A stretch of DNA of 64,000 nucleotides, from positions 896,001 to 960,000 of the forward strand of contig OY969696.1 of assembly GCA_963702005.1 (NCBI GenBank), written 5' to 3'. Positions 1 to 11,312 of the stretch are shown one piece after another. Within the stretch, counting starts at the first letter, position 1, and each line of letters starts with the position of its first letter. The stretch is from Candidatus Aminicenantes bacterium. Lineage in GTDB: Bacteria > Acidobacteriota > Aminicenantia > Aminicenantales > JAFGBC01. Below the pieces are notes generated by a model that searched no databases, was not told the origin of the DNA, and saw only the letters and a program-made list of their open reading frames with translations. A program made the position numbers and the translations under genes.

Positions 1-372
1 TCCATCCTTGGCCAGACGGCTCACTTGAAACGAAACCATCTGCATTTTGTGGAAGGTCGAGAGGTCGGCCGGGGCGGTGGCATTGCCCCAGAAGTAGTAC
101 GAGGCCGCCTCGCTCCCGTTGCAGTACGCTTTAGAGGATCCCCGGGTGCTGCCCAGATTGACCCCCCAGATCGTCACGATGGCCCCGTTCTGGCCCGGAA
201 TGCGCCCCCCCGAACTGTCGCTATTGCCGGTCTTCGGGCCGCTCGTGATGTCGCTGAAGTAGAGGACCGGGGCTCCGAAGGCAGCTCCTCCGATCATGGA
301 GATGACGGCCGCCAGTAAAACCGGCCGCAAGCGCCGGCCGCAAACTCGACCGATGGGCCCGAATCTTGGCAT
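1..372 (-). CDS. Secreted protein with IPT/TIG-like N-terminus (partial, runs off the window start)
   Basis: Not in the ORF track; translated by hand from ATG at 372, open to position 1: MPRFG...VLLAAVISMIGGAAFGAPVLYFSDITSGPKTG...GAIVTIWGVNLGSTRGSS. Has a signal-peptide-like segment, a VTIxGxNxG IPT-like motif and a purine-rich RBS (AGAAGGGAG). Confidence 0.6.
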   Translation of the reverse strand, partial: MPRFGPIGRVCGRRLRPVLLAAVISMIGGAAFGAPVLYFSDITSGPKTGNSDSSGGRIPGQNGAIVTIWGVNLGSTRGSSKAYCNGSEAASYYFWGNATAPADLSTFHKMQMVSFQVSRLAKDG

Positions 373-441
373 TGAACTTCTCCCTTCTCGTCCGGCAATC
401 CCCCGGATTGTTTTCAAGCGCGGACCGGATATCCCGAGTGC

Positions 442-1494
442 TCAGTTCACCCGGATGATGTGGGACGCGGCATTCTGTTCCTCGACCTCTGTGATGGACC
501 TGTCGTAGTCGGCGATCGCCCCCAGCCAGTAGGTGGTTCCCGATACGAGATCGGCGGGAATCGTCAGGGTCACGTATCGCGTATCGACATTGTTGCATTT
601 CTGGGTGAACGTCCTTGTGTCGATCAATCTGTCGTTGGTCCCGATGCTGGAGTCGGTCGAAATGTAGTAGCCGATTTTCACGGTCTGGGTGGTCTCGCCG
701 CTGTTTTCGTAAGTGAACCAGACGCGCACCCGTTGACCCTTGTTCACGTTGTAGCGCCGCTGGCCGGAATAATCCGTGTAGGTCAGCTCGACCCCCCCGT
801 CGGTCATCGTGCATTTGTCGTGCACGCTATACTCTCCGTCCACCCCGATCCACTTAAAAAGGTTCACGCTCACGTTCTCGATCGCGATGCCGTCCCGATG
901 CGTGTAGAGGCTGACCAGGCCGTGGGCGGCGTCCTCGCCGAGATAAGCGTAGGCCCTGGGGCCGTTGACGCCGATATGGGTCCAATCCTCGCCCATGATG
1001 TTGTATTCACGGGATTCGTGACTCAGACCGGCCGCATGACCGTATTCATGGAGCGCCGTCGTTTCGAAGGGACGGTATTCGCCTCCGTAGGGCCACAGGT
1101 CGAGTTTGACCATATTCGCCGTGTAGTTTTCCCCGGAATAAAAAATGACATCGGCCTCGACGATGCGGCCCAGGATGTTGTACGAGTAAATTGTCACGGC
1201 CGGGTCGTAGTCGGCATTGTTCGAAAACCAAACCTCGTTTTGATCGTTGTCCAAACTCACGGAAGTATCGTCAAACTGCTGGGAGAAACGAAATTCGCTC
1301 GGATTCCTGTTGAAAGCGTTGACAACGTCCCTCAGGGCGTTCCGTATGGCGAACCCCGCGGGAAAACTCTGCTTGTGGGCCCGCATGGTCGCGTGGTCGC
1401 TGGTCCAGCGGCCGTGCGTATGATAAGCCAAAGACGCCGAACCGGCCGCCATCAAACCGAAGAAGACGGCCCAGGATATCAGCCTCTTTTTCAT
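442..1494 (-). CDS. Secreted matrixin-like (metzincin, M10-type) zinc metalloprotease with C-terminal beta-sandwich (CARDB-like) domain
   Basis: Signal peptide; HEYGHAAGLSHE matches HExxHxxGxxH, followed by the Met-turn (NIMG); C-terminal YWLGAIADYDRSITEVEEQN is CARDB-like. Confidence 0.85.
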   Translation of the reverse strand: MKKRLISWAVFFGLMAAGSASLAYHTHGRWTSDHATMRAHKQSFPAGFAIRNALRDVVNAFNRNPSEFRFSQQFDDTSVSLDNDQNEVWFSNNADYDPAVTIYSYNILGRIVEADVIFYSGENYTANMVKLDLWPYGGEYRPFETTALHEYGHAAGLSHESREYNIMGEDWTHIGVNGPRAYAYLGEDAAHGLVSLYTHRDGIAIENVSVNLFKWIGVDGEYSVHDKCTMTDGGVELTYTDYSGQRRYNVNKGQRVRVWFTYENSGETTQTVKIGYYISTDSSIGTNDRLIDTRTFTQKCNNVDTRYVTLTIPADLVSGTTYWLGAIADYDRSITEVEEQNAASHIIRVN

Positions 1495-2282
1495 CTTGAC
1501 CTCCCTGACGTCTTTTTAGCGGGCGGCTTTTCCGCCGGCGGAGGGGCGGGCGTCTGATCGGGGCCCGCGAACGGCTTGGCACGGTCCGCATTCATGAAGA
1601 TCCTCGCTGGGGCCATGTCGCGGGTTAAATCGGCGATGATCGTCATGAGCTCTTCGGCCCCCACGGCGTTGCCGGGAAAATCCACGGCAGAGGGGCCGGT
1701 GGTCTGAGTCTGGAAGATGCGTCCGTTGACGGAAGTCGCGGAAACCTCCTCGAGACGGACCATCTCTCCGGTCCTCAGGAGACCATCTTGCCCCGGCAGA
1801 ACGGCCAGGCCCATCTCCGAGTAGACGCGACCCCGGACGATGCGGAGCCGGCCATCGGCACGGCCTACCAGCGGGCAAATGCTCTTGGTATTCCCCGCGA
1901 CGAACAGGATGTCAAGATCGCCCACGTCGAACTGGGGAGTGATGCTTGAGGCCATGTAGCGCATCTTCCGGGAATCCCATCCCCCCATAAATCGCAGGGT
2001 TACCGGACCGCCCGGCGCCTGCCCGAGGAACAGCCGCTCCACCCGATAGGTTACGAACGTATGGGGCACGCGCACGCCTTCCGGAGGCGTCGGCTCCGAG
2101 AGCAGGTATTCGATCTTCTCCACCCGTCCTGCGAACACGAGCTCGGATCGGGCGGCCATGTCCTTGAAAGACAGCCGTCCCGGCGATGCTTGCACGGTTC
2201 CGGCGTCTAAGGCCATTGTCGCCATCGCGGCCGAAATGAGCCCCAGAAGCGCGATTCTCCTTAGCCAAGAATTGCCTTTCAT
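1491..2282 (-). CDS. Secreted hypothetical protein resembling the N-terminal accessory domain of acidobacterial matrixins
   Basis: GGAGG RBS before ATG at 2282; signal peptide; SELVFAGRV...HTFVTYRVE...LRFMGG...PQF...ILF pattern; overlaps the matrixin start by 4 bp. Confidence 0.65.
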   Translation of the reverse strand: MKGNSWLRRIALLGLISAAMATMALDAGTVQASPGRLSFKDMAARSELVFAGRVEKIEYLLSEPTPPEGVRVPHTFVTYRVERLFLGQAPGGPVTLRFMGGWDSRKMRYMASSITPQFDVGDLDILFVAGNTKSICPLVGRADGRLRIVRGRVYSEMGLAVLPGQDGLLRTGEMVRLEEVSATSVNGRIFQTQTTGPSAVDFPGNAVGAEELMTIIADLTRDMAPARIFMNADRAKPFAGPDQTPAPPPAEKPPAKKTSGRSR

Positions 2283-2397
2283 ACATACCTCCTTTGCTCT
2301 CAATTCAGTCGGCATCAAAAAATGATGCGCCTCTCCCAGGACGAAAGCTTATAATAGCGAGCGCAGCGGATGAATTGATTTTTGCTCCCCTCACCTC

Positions 2398-2437
2398 TTT
2401 GACATTCACTATAGATATTAAGGCATTCAATGTCAAA
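2398..2437 (-). promoter_or_regulatory. sigma70-type promoter of the matrixin operon, overlapped by a 9-bp inverted repeat
   Basis: Minus strand TTGACA (2436-2431) N17 TATAGT (2413-2408); perfect inverted repeat TTTGACATT (2398-2406) / AATGTCAAA (2429-2437). Confidence 0.65.
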
Positions 2438-2534
2438 CCGTAATCCGAAGATCGCACAAGGGGAGTTTCTTTGAATGGGAATCTCGGACGATGCGGTCAT
2501 CGCCCGCGAATTCATCGGGGAATAGAGTCCGAAA

Positions 2535-3782
2535 TCACTCCCCGCGGCGGTAGACGACGGCAGTAACCGTCTTGTCGTTCCCGCCCATGTTCACGGATAG
2601 TCCGTAAGGGCGGTTCGGGGGAACGGCAACCTGCCAATTTCCCGCCTTTCCCGTGAGCTGCTGCCAAACCGTGACGGCTTGCCGGACGCCCGTGCCGCCC
2701 GTGGGATGCCCCCAGCCGATGAGGCCGCCGCAGGTGTTGATGGGGATCGCTCCTTGTCGGGCCGTGTTCCCGCCCAGGATGTAGTCGGCCCCTTCCCCTT
2801 GCTTGGCGAGGCCGATCGCCTCGACCGACAGCAGCCCCGAGATCGTGAAGCAGTCGTGGCATTCGATCGTTCCGATCTCGCCGAGGCCGACTCCGGCCGT
2901 CTCCAAGGCCTTGGCCACGGCCCGGGCCGTCGTTTCCAGACGGGTCGGGTCCCCGGGAGGGACGGTCAGGTCCGCTTCGACCTGTCCCCAGCCGGCGATT
3001 TCGACGGCGTCCGCGGGAGAGATCCCCGCCCGCTTCAAGCCTCCTGCGGAGAGGACGGCGATGGCGGAGGCGGCGTCGGAAACCTTGGAGCAGTCGTAGA
3101 CATTCAGGTGATCGACAAAGCTCCGGGGATTCGGCTCGGTCAGGGCCAGGGATTCCAGATCTTGAGCCGTGTTGTGGAATTCCTGGGCCGTCTCGCACAG
3201 CCGGGCGTTTTCGATCGCCTGGCGGTACCAGCGGGCGAACGCCCGCCGCGTCTTCTCTCGGCCGTATTTCTCGAAATAAGCTCCCGTCCGGTCGCTGAAC
3301 TGGGCCGGGAAGAAATAGGCGTGGCCATTCTTGCGCTCCCCCCGGTACCAACCCGCGCCGGCCAGGATGTCCGCTCCGTAGATGGCCTTGACCGTGTTCT
3401 GGACTTCGACCCCGATGACGAGGACAATGTCGGCCGTCCCGGCCAGCACGGACTTGACCGCCGTCGCCAGCCCCAGTCCTCCCGAGCCGCAGGCGCCTTC
3501 GACCCGGGTGCACGGCTTCCAGCGCAGGTCGGGGTCCACGGACGGGATTAGGGCCGCGAGATTACCCTGCCTGTTGAAGCGGGCCGCCATGAAATTGCTG
3601 ATAATGCCTTCGTCGACGTTCGCCCCGCCCCCGATCTGCTTGAGCGTTCCCTGGCCGGCTTCCCGAATGTACTCTTCGAGGCCCGGCCGGGCTTTCTTGG
3701 GATGGAACTCCTTCCGGCCCGTCCCCATCGAGACGGTGTTGTACCCCGCCGTCATGAAGATTTTTTTCCGCCGCTTCGTCAT
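2535..3782 (-). CDS. Thiolase (SCP2-type acetyl-CoA C-acyltransferase)
   Basis: EGACGSG nucleophile, HDCF motif, GHPTGGTG, and C-terminal NMGG instead of CxG. Confidence 0.9.
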   Translation of the reverse strand: MTKRRKKIFMTAGYNTVSMGTGRKEFHPKKARPGLEEYIREAGQGTLKQIGGGANVDEGIISNFMAARFNRQGNLAALIPSVDPDLRWKPCTRVEGACGSGGLGLATAVKSVLAGTADIVLVIGVEVQNTVKAIYGADILAGAGWYRGERKNGHAYFFPAQFSDRTGAYFEKYGREKTRRAFARWYRQAIENARLCETAQEFHNTAQDLESLALTEPNPRSFVDHLNVYDCSKVSDAASAIAVLSAGGLKRAGISPADAVEIAGWGQVEADLTVPPGDPTRLETTARAVAKALETAGVGLGEIGTIECHDCFTISGLLSVEAIGLAKQGEGADYILGGNTARQGAIPINTCGGLIGWGHPTGGTGVRQAVTVWQQLTGKAGNWQVAVPPNRPYGLSVNMGGNDKTVTAVVYRRGE

Positions 3783-3793
3783 GGCTTGACCTC

Positions 3794-5131
3794 TCAGTCG
3801 AAATAGTTATTGATCGGGCCGTAGGCGTGGTAGAAGCCCGTGAGTAGGACCGTGTTGACGTCCTCGTCCCGGGCCGCAACTCCGTCCCGGACGAGTCCCA
3901 GCCCTATTTCCTTGGACGTCCGTCCGTAGGTCCGGGCGAGCTCGGCCCCCAGAGTCGTCATCGTCCTCAGCTCTCCGAAATAGACGTCGAGGGCTTTGGC
4001 CCGGTCGGGAAGCTGAATGACGCTCTTCCAGGGTTTGGCCTGTCCGGGAAGGGCTCCAATTTTTCCGTCGCTGCGGCCGGCAATGTCGGTAAAAGACACA
4101 TAGGCCCGTGTCTCGGGGTCGAAGACTCCGGCCGGCCGGCCCTTCTCGTATTTCAGGATTCCGTCTTTCTGGGATCCGTCGGCGAACTGCCCGCTCTTGA
4201 TCCCCAGCGAGATGAGCCGGTCGAGCAGGGGGCTGCTCAGGCCGCGCCCCGGCAGGCGCTCGTTCATAACGTTCAAGATGCATTGGCAGACGTCGAGGCC
4301 GACGTAGTCGACGAGCTGGAAGATGCCCATGGGCCGGATCAGGAAGTCCTGGCTGACCTTGTTGACCATGTAGACGGCGTCGACGAAGCCGTGCTCCGGG
4401 GCGAGCCGCTCAACCTCGGCGATCCCGTGGAGAGCGTCCCGCATGAAATGCCCGTTGCCGATGAAACCGGCGACGTCGTGCGAGGGGACGACCGTCTTGC
4501 GCAGCTTCTTGGCGAATTCGGCGGCAAAGCCGGCCAGATCGGGGAGCGTCGCCTCGGCCCGGATGACCTCGACCAGCCTTTGGACGGCCGGGGGATTATA
4601 GAAGTGGAACCCGATGACCCGGCCGCCCAGGTTCGCCTTTTGGTTCAACTCGGAGATGGGAATGGACGACGTGTTCGTCAGGAACCAAGCGTCCCGGCCG
4701 CCCCGGGAGACGATCTCCGAGTAGAGCTTGACCTTGAGCTCCGGGTTTTCATTGACGGCCTCGAAGACGAGGGTGGAATCGCCTGCGCTCTCAACCCGGG
4801 TCGTGGGCTGGACGACCGACAGCACATCCTCGACGTATTGCCGGATGATCTCCTCGTTCTCGACGAGGTCCTCGCGCTTCTGGTAGGCCTTGCGGAGCCA
4901 GACCGCCTTCTTCTCCGCCGCCCGCAGGACCTGCGATCGGAGGTACTTGAGGAGGCCGGCCAGGGCTTCCTCGGAGACGTCGACGGCCCTGAGCGCAAAC
5001 GAGCGCGACTCGTTCCCGGGCTCCAGGCTCAGGTCCGCCATTTCCATGGCCGTGAGCAGGACGATCCCGCTTCCCATCTTTCCGGCGGCGCCCAGAACCG
5101 CCACTTTCTCGAGCCGATCGGCGTAGGACAT
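3794..5131 (-). CDS. 3-hydroxyacyl-CoA dehydrogenase family protein
   Basis: VAVLGAAGKMGSG Rossmann motif, EAVNE, TNTSS, GFHFYNP, GFIGN, PMGIFQLVDYVGLD. Confidence 0.9.
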   Translation of the reverse strand: MSYADRLEKVAVLGAAGKMGSGIVLLTAMEMADLSLEPGNESRSFALRAVDVSEEALAGLLKYLRSQVLRAAEKKAVWLRKAYQKREDLVENEEIIRQYVEDVLSVVQPTTRVESAGDSTLVFEAVNENPELKVKLYSEIVSRGGRDAWFLTNTSSIPISELNQKANLGGRVIGFHFYNPPAVQRLVEVIRAEATLPDLAGFAAEFAKKLRKTVVPSHDVAGFIGNGHFMRDALHGIAEVERLAPEHGFVDAVYMVNKVSQDFLIRPMGIFQLVDYVGLDVCQCILNVMNERLPGRGLSSPLLDRLISLGIKSGQFADGSQKDGILKYEKGRPAGVFDPETRAYVSFTDIAGRSDGKIGALPGQAKPWKSVIQLPDRAKALDVYFGELRTMTTLGAELARTYGRTSKEIGLGLVRDGVAARDEDVNTVLLTGFYHAYGPINNYFD

Positions 5132-5155
5132 GGATCTCGCCTCCTCCCGGCCCTC

Positions 5156-5929
5156 TCAGCCGCCCCACTTGGGGGGACGCTTTTCGAGGAAGGCCCGCAT
5201 CCCTTCGGCGGCCTCTCCTTCGAACAGGGACCCGAACGCCTCCGACTCCAGAACGCAGCCGGCTTCGAACTCGGTCAGAATTCCCTGGCGCGCGACCCGC
5301 TTGACGACCTGGACGGCCAGAGGACCCTTGGAGGCGATCGTCTTGGCGATCTCGGTCGCGGCGGGGAGAAGCGCCTCCGGCTCGACGACTTTCTGGACGA
5401 GGCCCATCCGCAGCGCCTCCTCGGCGCCGATGAGCTCAGCCGTCAGGAGCAGGTAGAGGGCGTTCCCGAGTCCGATCAGCCGGGGCAGTCGCTGGGTCGC
5501 CGCGTATCCCGGGATGACGCCCAGGTTGACCTCGGGCTGGCCGAACTTAGCCTTGGAACTCGCGATCCGGAAATCGCAGGCCAGGGCCAGCTCGCAGCCG
5601 CCCCCCAAGGCGAATCCATTGACGGCCGCGATGACGGGCTTGGGGAGAAGCTCCAGGCTGCGGAAGGTCTGCTGTCCCCAGCGGGAAAACTCCTGGCCCT
5701 GGGCCCGTGTCATCCGGACCATCTCGGCGATGTCGGCGCCCGCCACGAACGCTTTCCCCTCTCCGGTGATGATCAGGACCTTGACGTCGTCCCGGCCGCC
5801 CAGTTCGGGGAGGAGGGCGTCCATCTCCCGGAAAAAAAGGGAATTCAGGGCGTTGAGCGCCTGGGGCCGGGAGATCGTGACAATCGCGATCCCATCGGCC
5901 ACCGATGTTTTGAGGATCTGATAGTCCAT
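5156..5929 (-). CDS. crt: Enoyl-CoA hydratase (crotonase)
   Basis: AFVAGADI, AAVNGFALGGGCELALACD, FGQPEVNLG; alternative start at 5947. Confidence 0.9.
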   Translation of the reverse strand: MDYQILKTSVADGIAIVTISRPQALNALNSLFFREMDALLPELGGRDDVKVLIITGEGKAFVAGADIAEMVRMTRAQGQEFSRWGQQTFRSLELLPKPVIAAVNGFALGGGCELALACDFRIASSKAKFGQPEVNLGVIPGYAATQRLPRLIGLGNALYLLLTAELIGAEEALRMGLVQKVVEPEALLPAATEIAKTIASKGPLAVQVVKRVARQGILTEFEAGCVLESEAFGSLFEGEAAEGMRAFLEKRPPKWGG

Positions 5930-5943
5930 CGCTTCTCTCCTTT

Positions 5944-7089
5944 TCATTCCGCGAACAGCGACCGGGCGATGACGACGCGCTGGATCTCGGATGTCCCTTC
6001 ATAAATCTCCGTGATCCGCTGGTCCCGGTAGAGACGCTCGACCCGGTAGTCCTTCATGAATCCGTAACCGCCGTGGATCTGGAGGGCCTTGTGGCAGACC
6101 CGGTGGGCCATCTCGGCCGCGAACAGCTTGATCATCGCGGACTCGGTCGTGAAGCGCCTCTTGCCGGCGTCCTTGATCGAGGCGACGCGGTAGAGCATGG
6201 TCTTGGCCACTTCGACGTCGACGGCCATGTCGGCCAGCATGAACTGGAGGCCCTGGAATTCAGCCAGGGGCTTGCCGAATTGGACTCTTTCCTTGGCGTA
6301 GCGGACGGCCGCCTCCAGGGCGCCCTGGGCGATGCCTACGGCCTGGGCCGCGATCCCGACCCGGCCGCAGTCCAGGGTCGCCAGGGCGATGCTCAGCCCC
6401 TTGTTTTCCTGGCCCAGCATGGCCGTCGCCGGGACCCGGCATTCGCTGAAGACGAGCTCGGTCGTCGAGGAGGTCCGGATCCCAAGCTTGTCCTCATGCT
6501 TGCCCACGGCATAGCCGGGCGTGTTTTTGTCGATGAGGAAGGCCGAGATGCCCTTGGCGCCTTTTTCGCGGTCCGTCTGGAAGAAGGCGATGATGACGTC
6601 GGCGAAGGAGCCGTTCGTCGTGAAGTTCTTCGTTCCGTTGAGAACGAACCGGTCGCCGTCGCGGACGGCCGAGGCCCGGAGCGCGCCCGGATCGCTGCCG
6701 GCGCCCGCTTCGGTCAGGGAGAAGCATCCGAACAGCTCTCCCGAGCAGAGCTTGGGAAGGAGGGTCTTCTTCTGCTCCTCGGTCCCGAACATGACGATGG
6801 CGTCATTGACCAGGGAGTTCTGGACCGAGACGCCGACCGCCGTTCCGGCGTCGACCTTGCTGAACTCGATCATGGCGCCCACGTAAGCGACCGCGCCCAA
6901 GCCCGTGCCCCCGTAGGCCTCGGGGACCGTCATGCTCAGATAGCCCAGCTCCCCGAGCTGCTTGAGCGCGGTCAGGTTGACTTCCTGCCGGGCGTCGAGT
7001 TTCTCGACGGCGGGCGCCAGTTCCTTCTCGGCGAACTTCTTGGCCCCGTCGATGACCATCTTCTGTTCTTCGCTGAATTCGAAATCCAT
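5944..7089 (-). CDS. Short/branched-chain acyl-CoA dehydrogenase (butyryl-CoA dehydrogenase-like)
   Basis: FSLTEAGAGSD, NGTKNFTTN, QIHGGYGF, IYEGTSEIQ motifs. Confidence 0.92.
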   Translation of the reverse strand: MDFEFSEEQKMVIDGAKKFAEKELAPAVEKLDARQEVNLTALKQLGELGYLSMTVPEAYGGTGLGAVAYVGAMIEFSKVDAGTAVGVSVQNSLVNDAIVMFGTEEQKKTLLPKLCSGELFGCFSLTEAGAGSDPGALRASAVRDGDRFVLNGTKNFTTNGSFADVIIAFFQTDREKGAKGISAFLIDKNTPGYAVGKHEDKLGIRTSSTTELVFSECRVPATAMLGQENKGLSIALATLDCGRVGIAAQAVGIAQGALEAAVRYAKERVQFGKPLAEFQGLQFMLADMAVDVEVAKTMLYRVASIKDAGKRRFTTESAMIKLFAAEMAHRVCHKALQIHGGYGFMKDYRVERLYRDQRITEIYEGTSEIQRVVIARSLFAE

Positions 7090-7113
7090 GATGATGCCTC
7101 CTTGGATTCCGGA

Positions 7114-7521
7114 TCACCCGGCGTGCGCGGCACGCCAGTGCCGGATATAATCGATGATCTCCTGAAGATCGTCGCCGGGGCCGAAGACCTTTTCGACCCC
7201 GATCTCCTTCAGTTTGGCTTGGTCCTTGGTCGGGATGATCCCCCCTCCCGTGAGGAGGCGGTCGCCGAGGCCCTGGCCGTCCATGAGCTCCTTGACCCGC
7301 CGGAAATGGATCATGTGGGCTCCCGAAAGGATCGAGAGCCCGACGACGTCGGCGTCCTCCTCGACCGCCGCCCGGACGATCGATTCAGGCGTCTGCTGAA
7401 GGCCCAGGTAGACGACCTCCATTCCGGCCTCGACCAGGGCCCGCGCGACGACTTTGGCGCCTCGGTCATGGCCGTCCAATCCCGGCTTGGCGATGATGAC
7501 CTTGATTCTCTGTTCCGCCAT
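7114..7521 (-). CDS. Acyl-CoA mutase small (cobalamin-binding) subunit, IcmB-like
   Basis: [10 protein letters not shown] (DxHxxG) B12-binding motif, [16 protein letters not shown]. Confidence 0.9.
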   Translation of the reverse strand: MAEQRIKVIIAKPGLDGHDRGAKVVARALVEAGMEVVYLGLQQTPESIVRAAVEEDADVVGLSILSGAHMIHFRRVKELMDGQGLGDRLLTGGGIIPTKDQAKLKEIGVEKVFGPGDDLQEIIDYIRHWRAAHAG

Positions 7522-7547
7522 GCGGTCTCTCCTTTTCTCTCCTCCCC

Positions 7548-9191
<1,644 letters not shown>

Positions 9192-10268
9192 GCTTGGCTC
9201 CCTCCTTCGCGTAAGTGACACGGACCCGCGAGCAGGTTCGGCGGAGATAAGGATACGGGGATTGCCGATTCTCGAGGACGCGCCCGGCTACGGCCCGGAT
9301 CTCGTCACGCGCGTTCGTCAGGGTTGAGTATCTTTCCCAGAGATTGTCCCGAATCGCCGACTGAATATCCCGTTCGAGCCGCTGCCGCTTTTTCTCGTGG
9401 AGCTCCCCGGACTCAACCAGCCCACGGATCCTCCGCTCGATCTCGGCGTGGACTTCGTCCAATCCTCTATCCTGGAGGGCCGAGACGGTCAGGACCGAGG
9501 GGAGAGGTTTCGCGGTCTTGCGGAGGCCGATCTCGAACAGGAACTTCAGGGAGTCCAGGAGGAGGTCGGCGCCGGGAAGGTCGGCCTTGTTGACGAGGAT
9601 GATGTCCGCGATCTCGAGGATTCCGGCCTTGAGCGTCTGGATGATGTCGCCGGTCCCGGGTTGGAGGACCAGGAGAATGAGATCGGCGCAGGTCAGGACG
9701 TCGAGCTCGGCCTGGCCGACGCCGACCGTCTCGATGAAGATGCGGTCCATACCGAAGGCATCCAGGACATCGGCCGCGTAGGGCGTCGAGGGGGACAGGC
9801 CGCCGTGGCCGTTCCGGCTGGCTTGGGACCGGATGAACAGGCGCGCTTCTCCGCCCAGGCCTTGCATCCGGATGCGGTCGCCCAGGAAGGCGCCGCCCGA
9901 GAACGGACTCGAGGGGTCCACGGCGATGACGCCGGCGGAATGGCCTCCGGCGATCGTCCGCCGCGCCAGGGCCGCCGTGACCGTGCTCTTCCCGACGCCG
10001 GGAGGCCCGGTGATCCCGATCCGGACACCCCCTTTCTGGCGGGGGATGAGCCGGTCCCGGATGATCGGGACGAGCCGAGGATGGTTCTCAACGGCCGTGA
10101 TCAGACGGGCGCAGGCTAAACGATCGCCTTGAAAAAAACGCTCCCAGATATCGGGAATCAGGAGAGATCCCGCTTTCCGCGTCCGGTCGCCGGGAGACTT
10201 CTTCCTTTTAAGCTCCGAACTCACTCGACTCCCTGCTTATACAGCTGATAGGCCGGAAATACGTAAAG

Positions 10269-10298
10269 ACTATATCGCCAACGGAAGACGGATGTCAA
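10269..10298 (-). promoter_or_regulatory. sigma70-type promoter of the meaB-mutase-butyryl-CoA operon
   Basis: Minus strand TTGACA (10298-10293) N18 TATAGT (10274-10269). Confidence 0.55.
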
Positions 10299-10317
10299 TA
10301 CGGATCGAAGGGGGAGA

Positions 10318-11295
10318 TTAGAGCCAGCCGTTCGCCCGGCACCAGTCCACGGTCCGGGCCATGCCCGATTGAAAATCCGTGGCCGGTTTATAGCCCAGCC
10401 CCCTCTTTGCCTTGTCGATCGACATCGGTTTGGAATCCGTGAAGAAACTGAGCTTTCCCGGCGTCAGGGGCGCCTCGATGCCCAGCGGCCGGAAGGACGT
10501 CTCCATCATGCCCGCCGCGACCAGCGCCGGCAGAAGCGGCAGGGACACGGCCGGGATGGAAACGCCGCAGCAGCGGGCGATCGTCTGAGCCATCTCCTTT
10601 ACGGTCAGGATCTCTTCCCCCGCCAGGTGGTAGATCTCGCCCGGGTTCCCCTTGGCCGCGCAGAGAAGAATCCCGGCCGTGAGATCGTCGATGAAAACCG
10701 GGGTTTGACGGCCCCGCCCTTTCGCCACCAGGACGAGCCGCTTGCGGGCGATCGATCGGATGAGCTTGAAGGTCCTCCGGTCGCCCGGGCCGTAGGCCCA
10801 GCCCGGCCGGACGACGACGACGTCCTGGCCGGCCGCGGCGGCCTTGAGAGCCAGCCGCTCGCCCTCGAGCTTGCTTTTATCGTAGACGTTCCGGGGATTG
10901 GGTGCGCGGGATTCGTCCGCGACCTCGCCGTCCGCGACCTTGCCCAGGACGCCCGCCGAGCTGATATGGACGACGCGCCGGACGCCGGCTTCGCGCGCCG
11001 CCCCCAGCAGGCTCTCGACGCTCCCGGCGTTGATCCGGAAGAATTCCCTTTTTGAGATGCGCGAAGCGCCGAGCGCCGCCGCGAGATGAAACAGGACGTC
11101 GGTTCCTTGGAGGGATCGGCGAAGAAGGGCGGTATCCCCGATGTCACTCTGAACGATCGTGAACTTCCCTTCCGGCCCGACCCGGGCCAGCGGCGTCCGA
11201 TGAACAAGGGCGCCGACTTCCCATCCCTTGGCCAGCAGGGCGTCGATGAGATGGCCGCCGATGAATCCCGAGCCGCCTGTGATGAAAGCGCGCAT
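10318..11295 (-). CDS. NAD-dependent epimerase/dehydratase (extended SDR)
   Basis: ITGGSGFIG, FHLAA, YDKSK (YxxxK). Confidence 0.9.
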   Translation of the reverse strand: MRAFITGGSGFIGGHLIDALLAKGWEVGALVHRTPLARVGPEGKFTIVQSDIGDTALLRRSLQGTDVLFHLAAALGASRISKREFFRINAGSVESLLGAAREAGVRRVVHISSAGVLGKVADGEVADESRAPNPRNVYDKSKLEGERLALKAAAAGQDVVVVRPGWAYGPGDRRTFKLIRSIARKRLVLVAKGRGRQTPVFIDDLTAGILLCAAKGNPGEIYHLAGEEILTVKEMAQTIARCCGVSIPAVSLPLLPALVAAGMMETSFRPLGIEAPLTPGKLSFFTDSKPMSIDKAKRGLGYKPATDFQSGMARTVDWCRANGWL

Positions 11296-11312
11296 GATCG
11301 CTCCCGGCGGCT

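Noticed and set aside
10225-10317. Cobalamin riboswitch expected upstream of the B12 mutase operon
   Set aside because: The gap is only about 90 bp and holds a promoter; no B12-box is visible.
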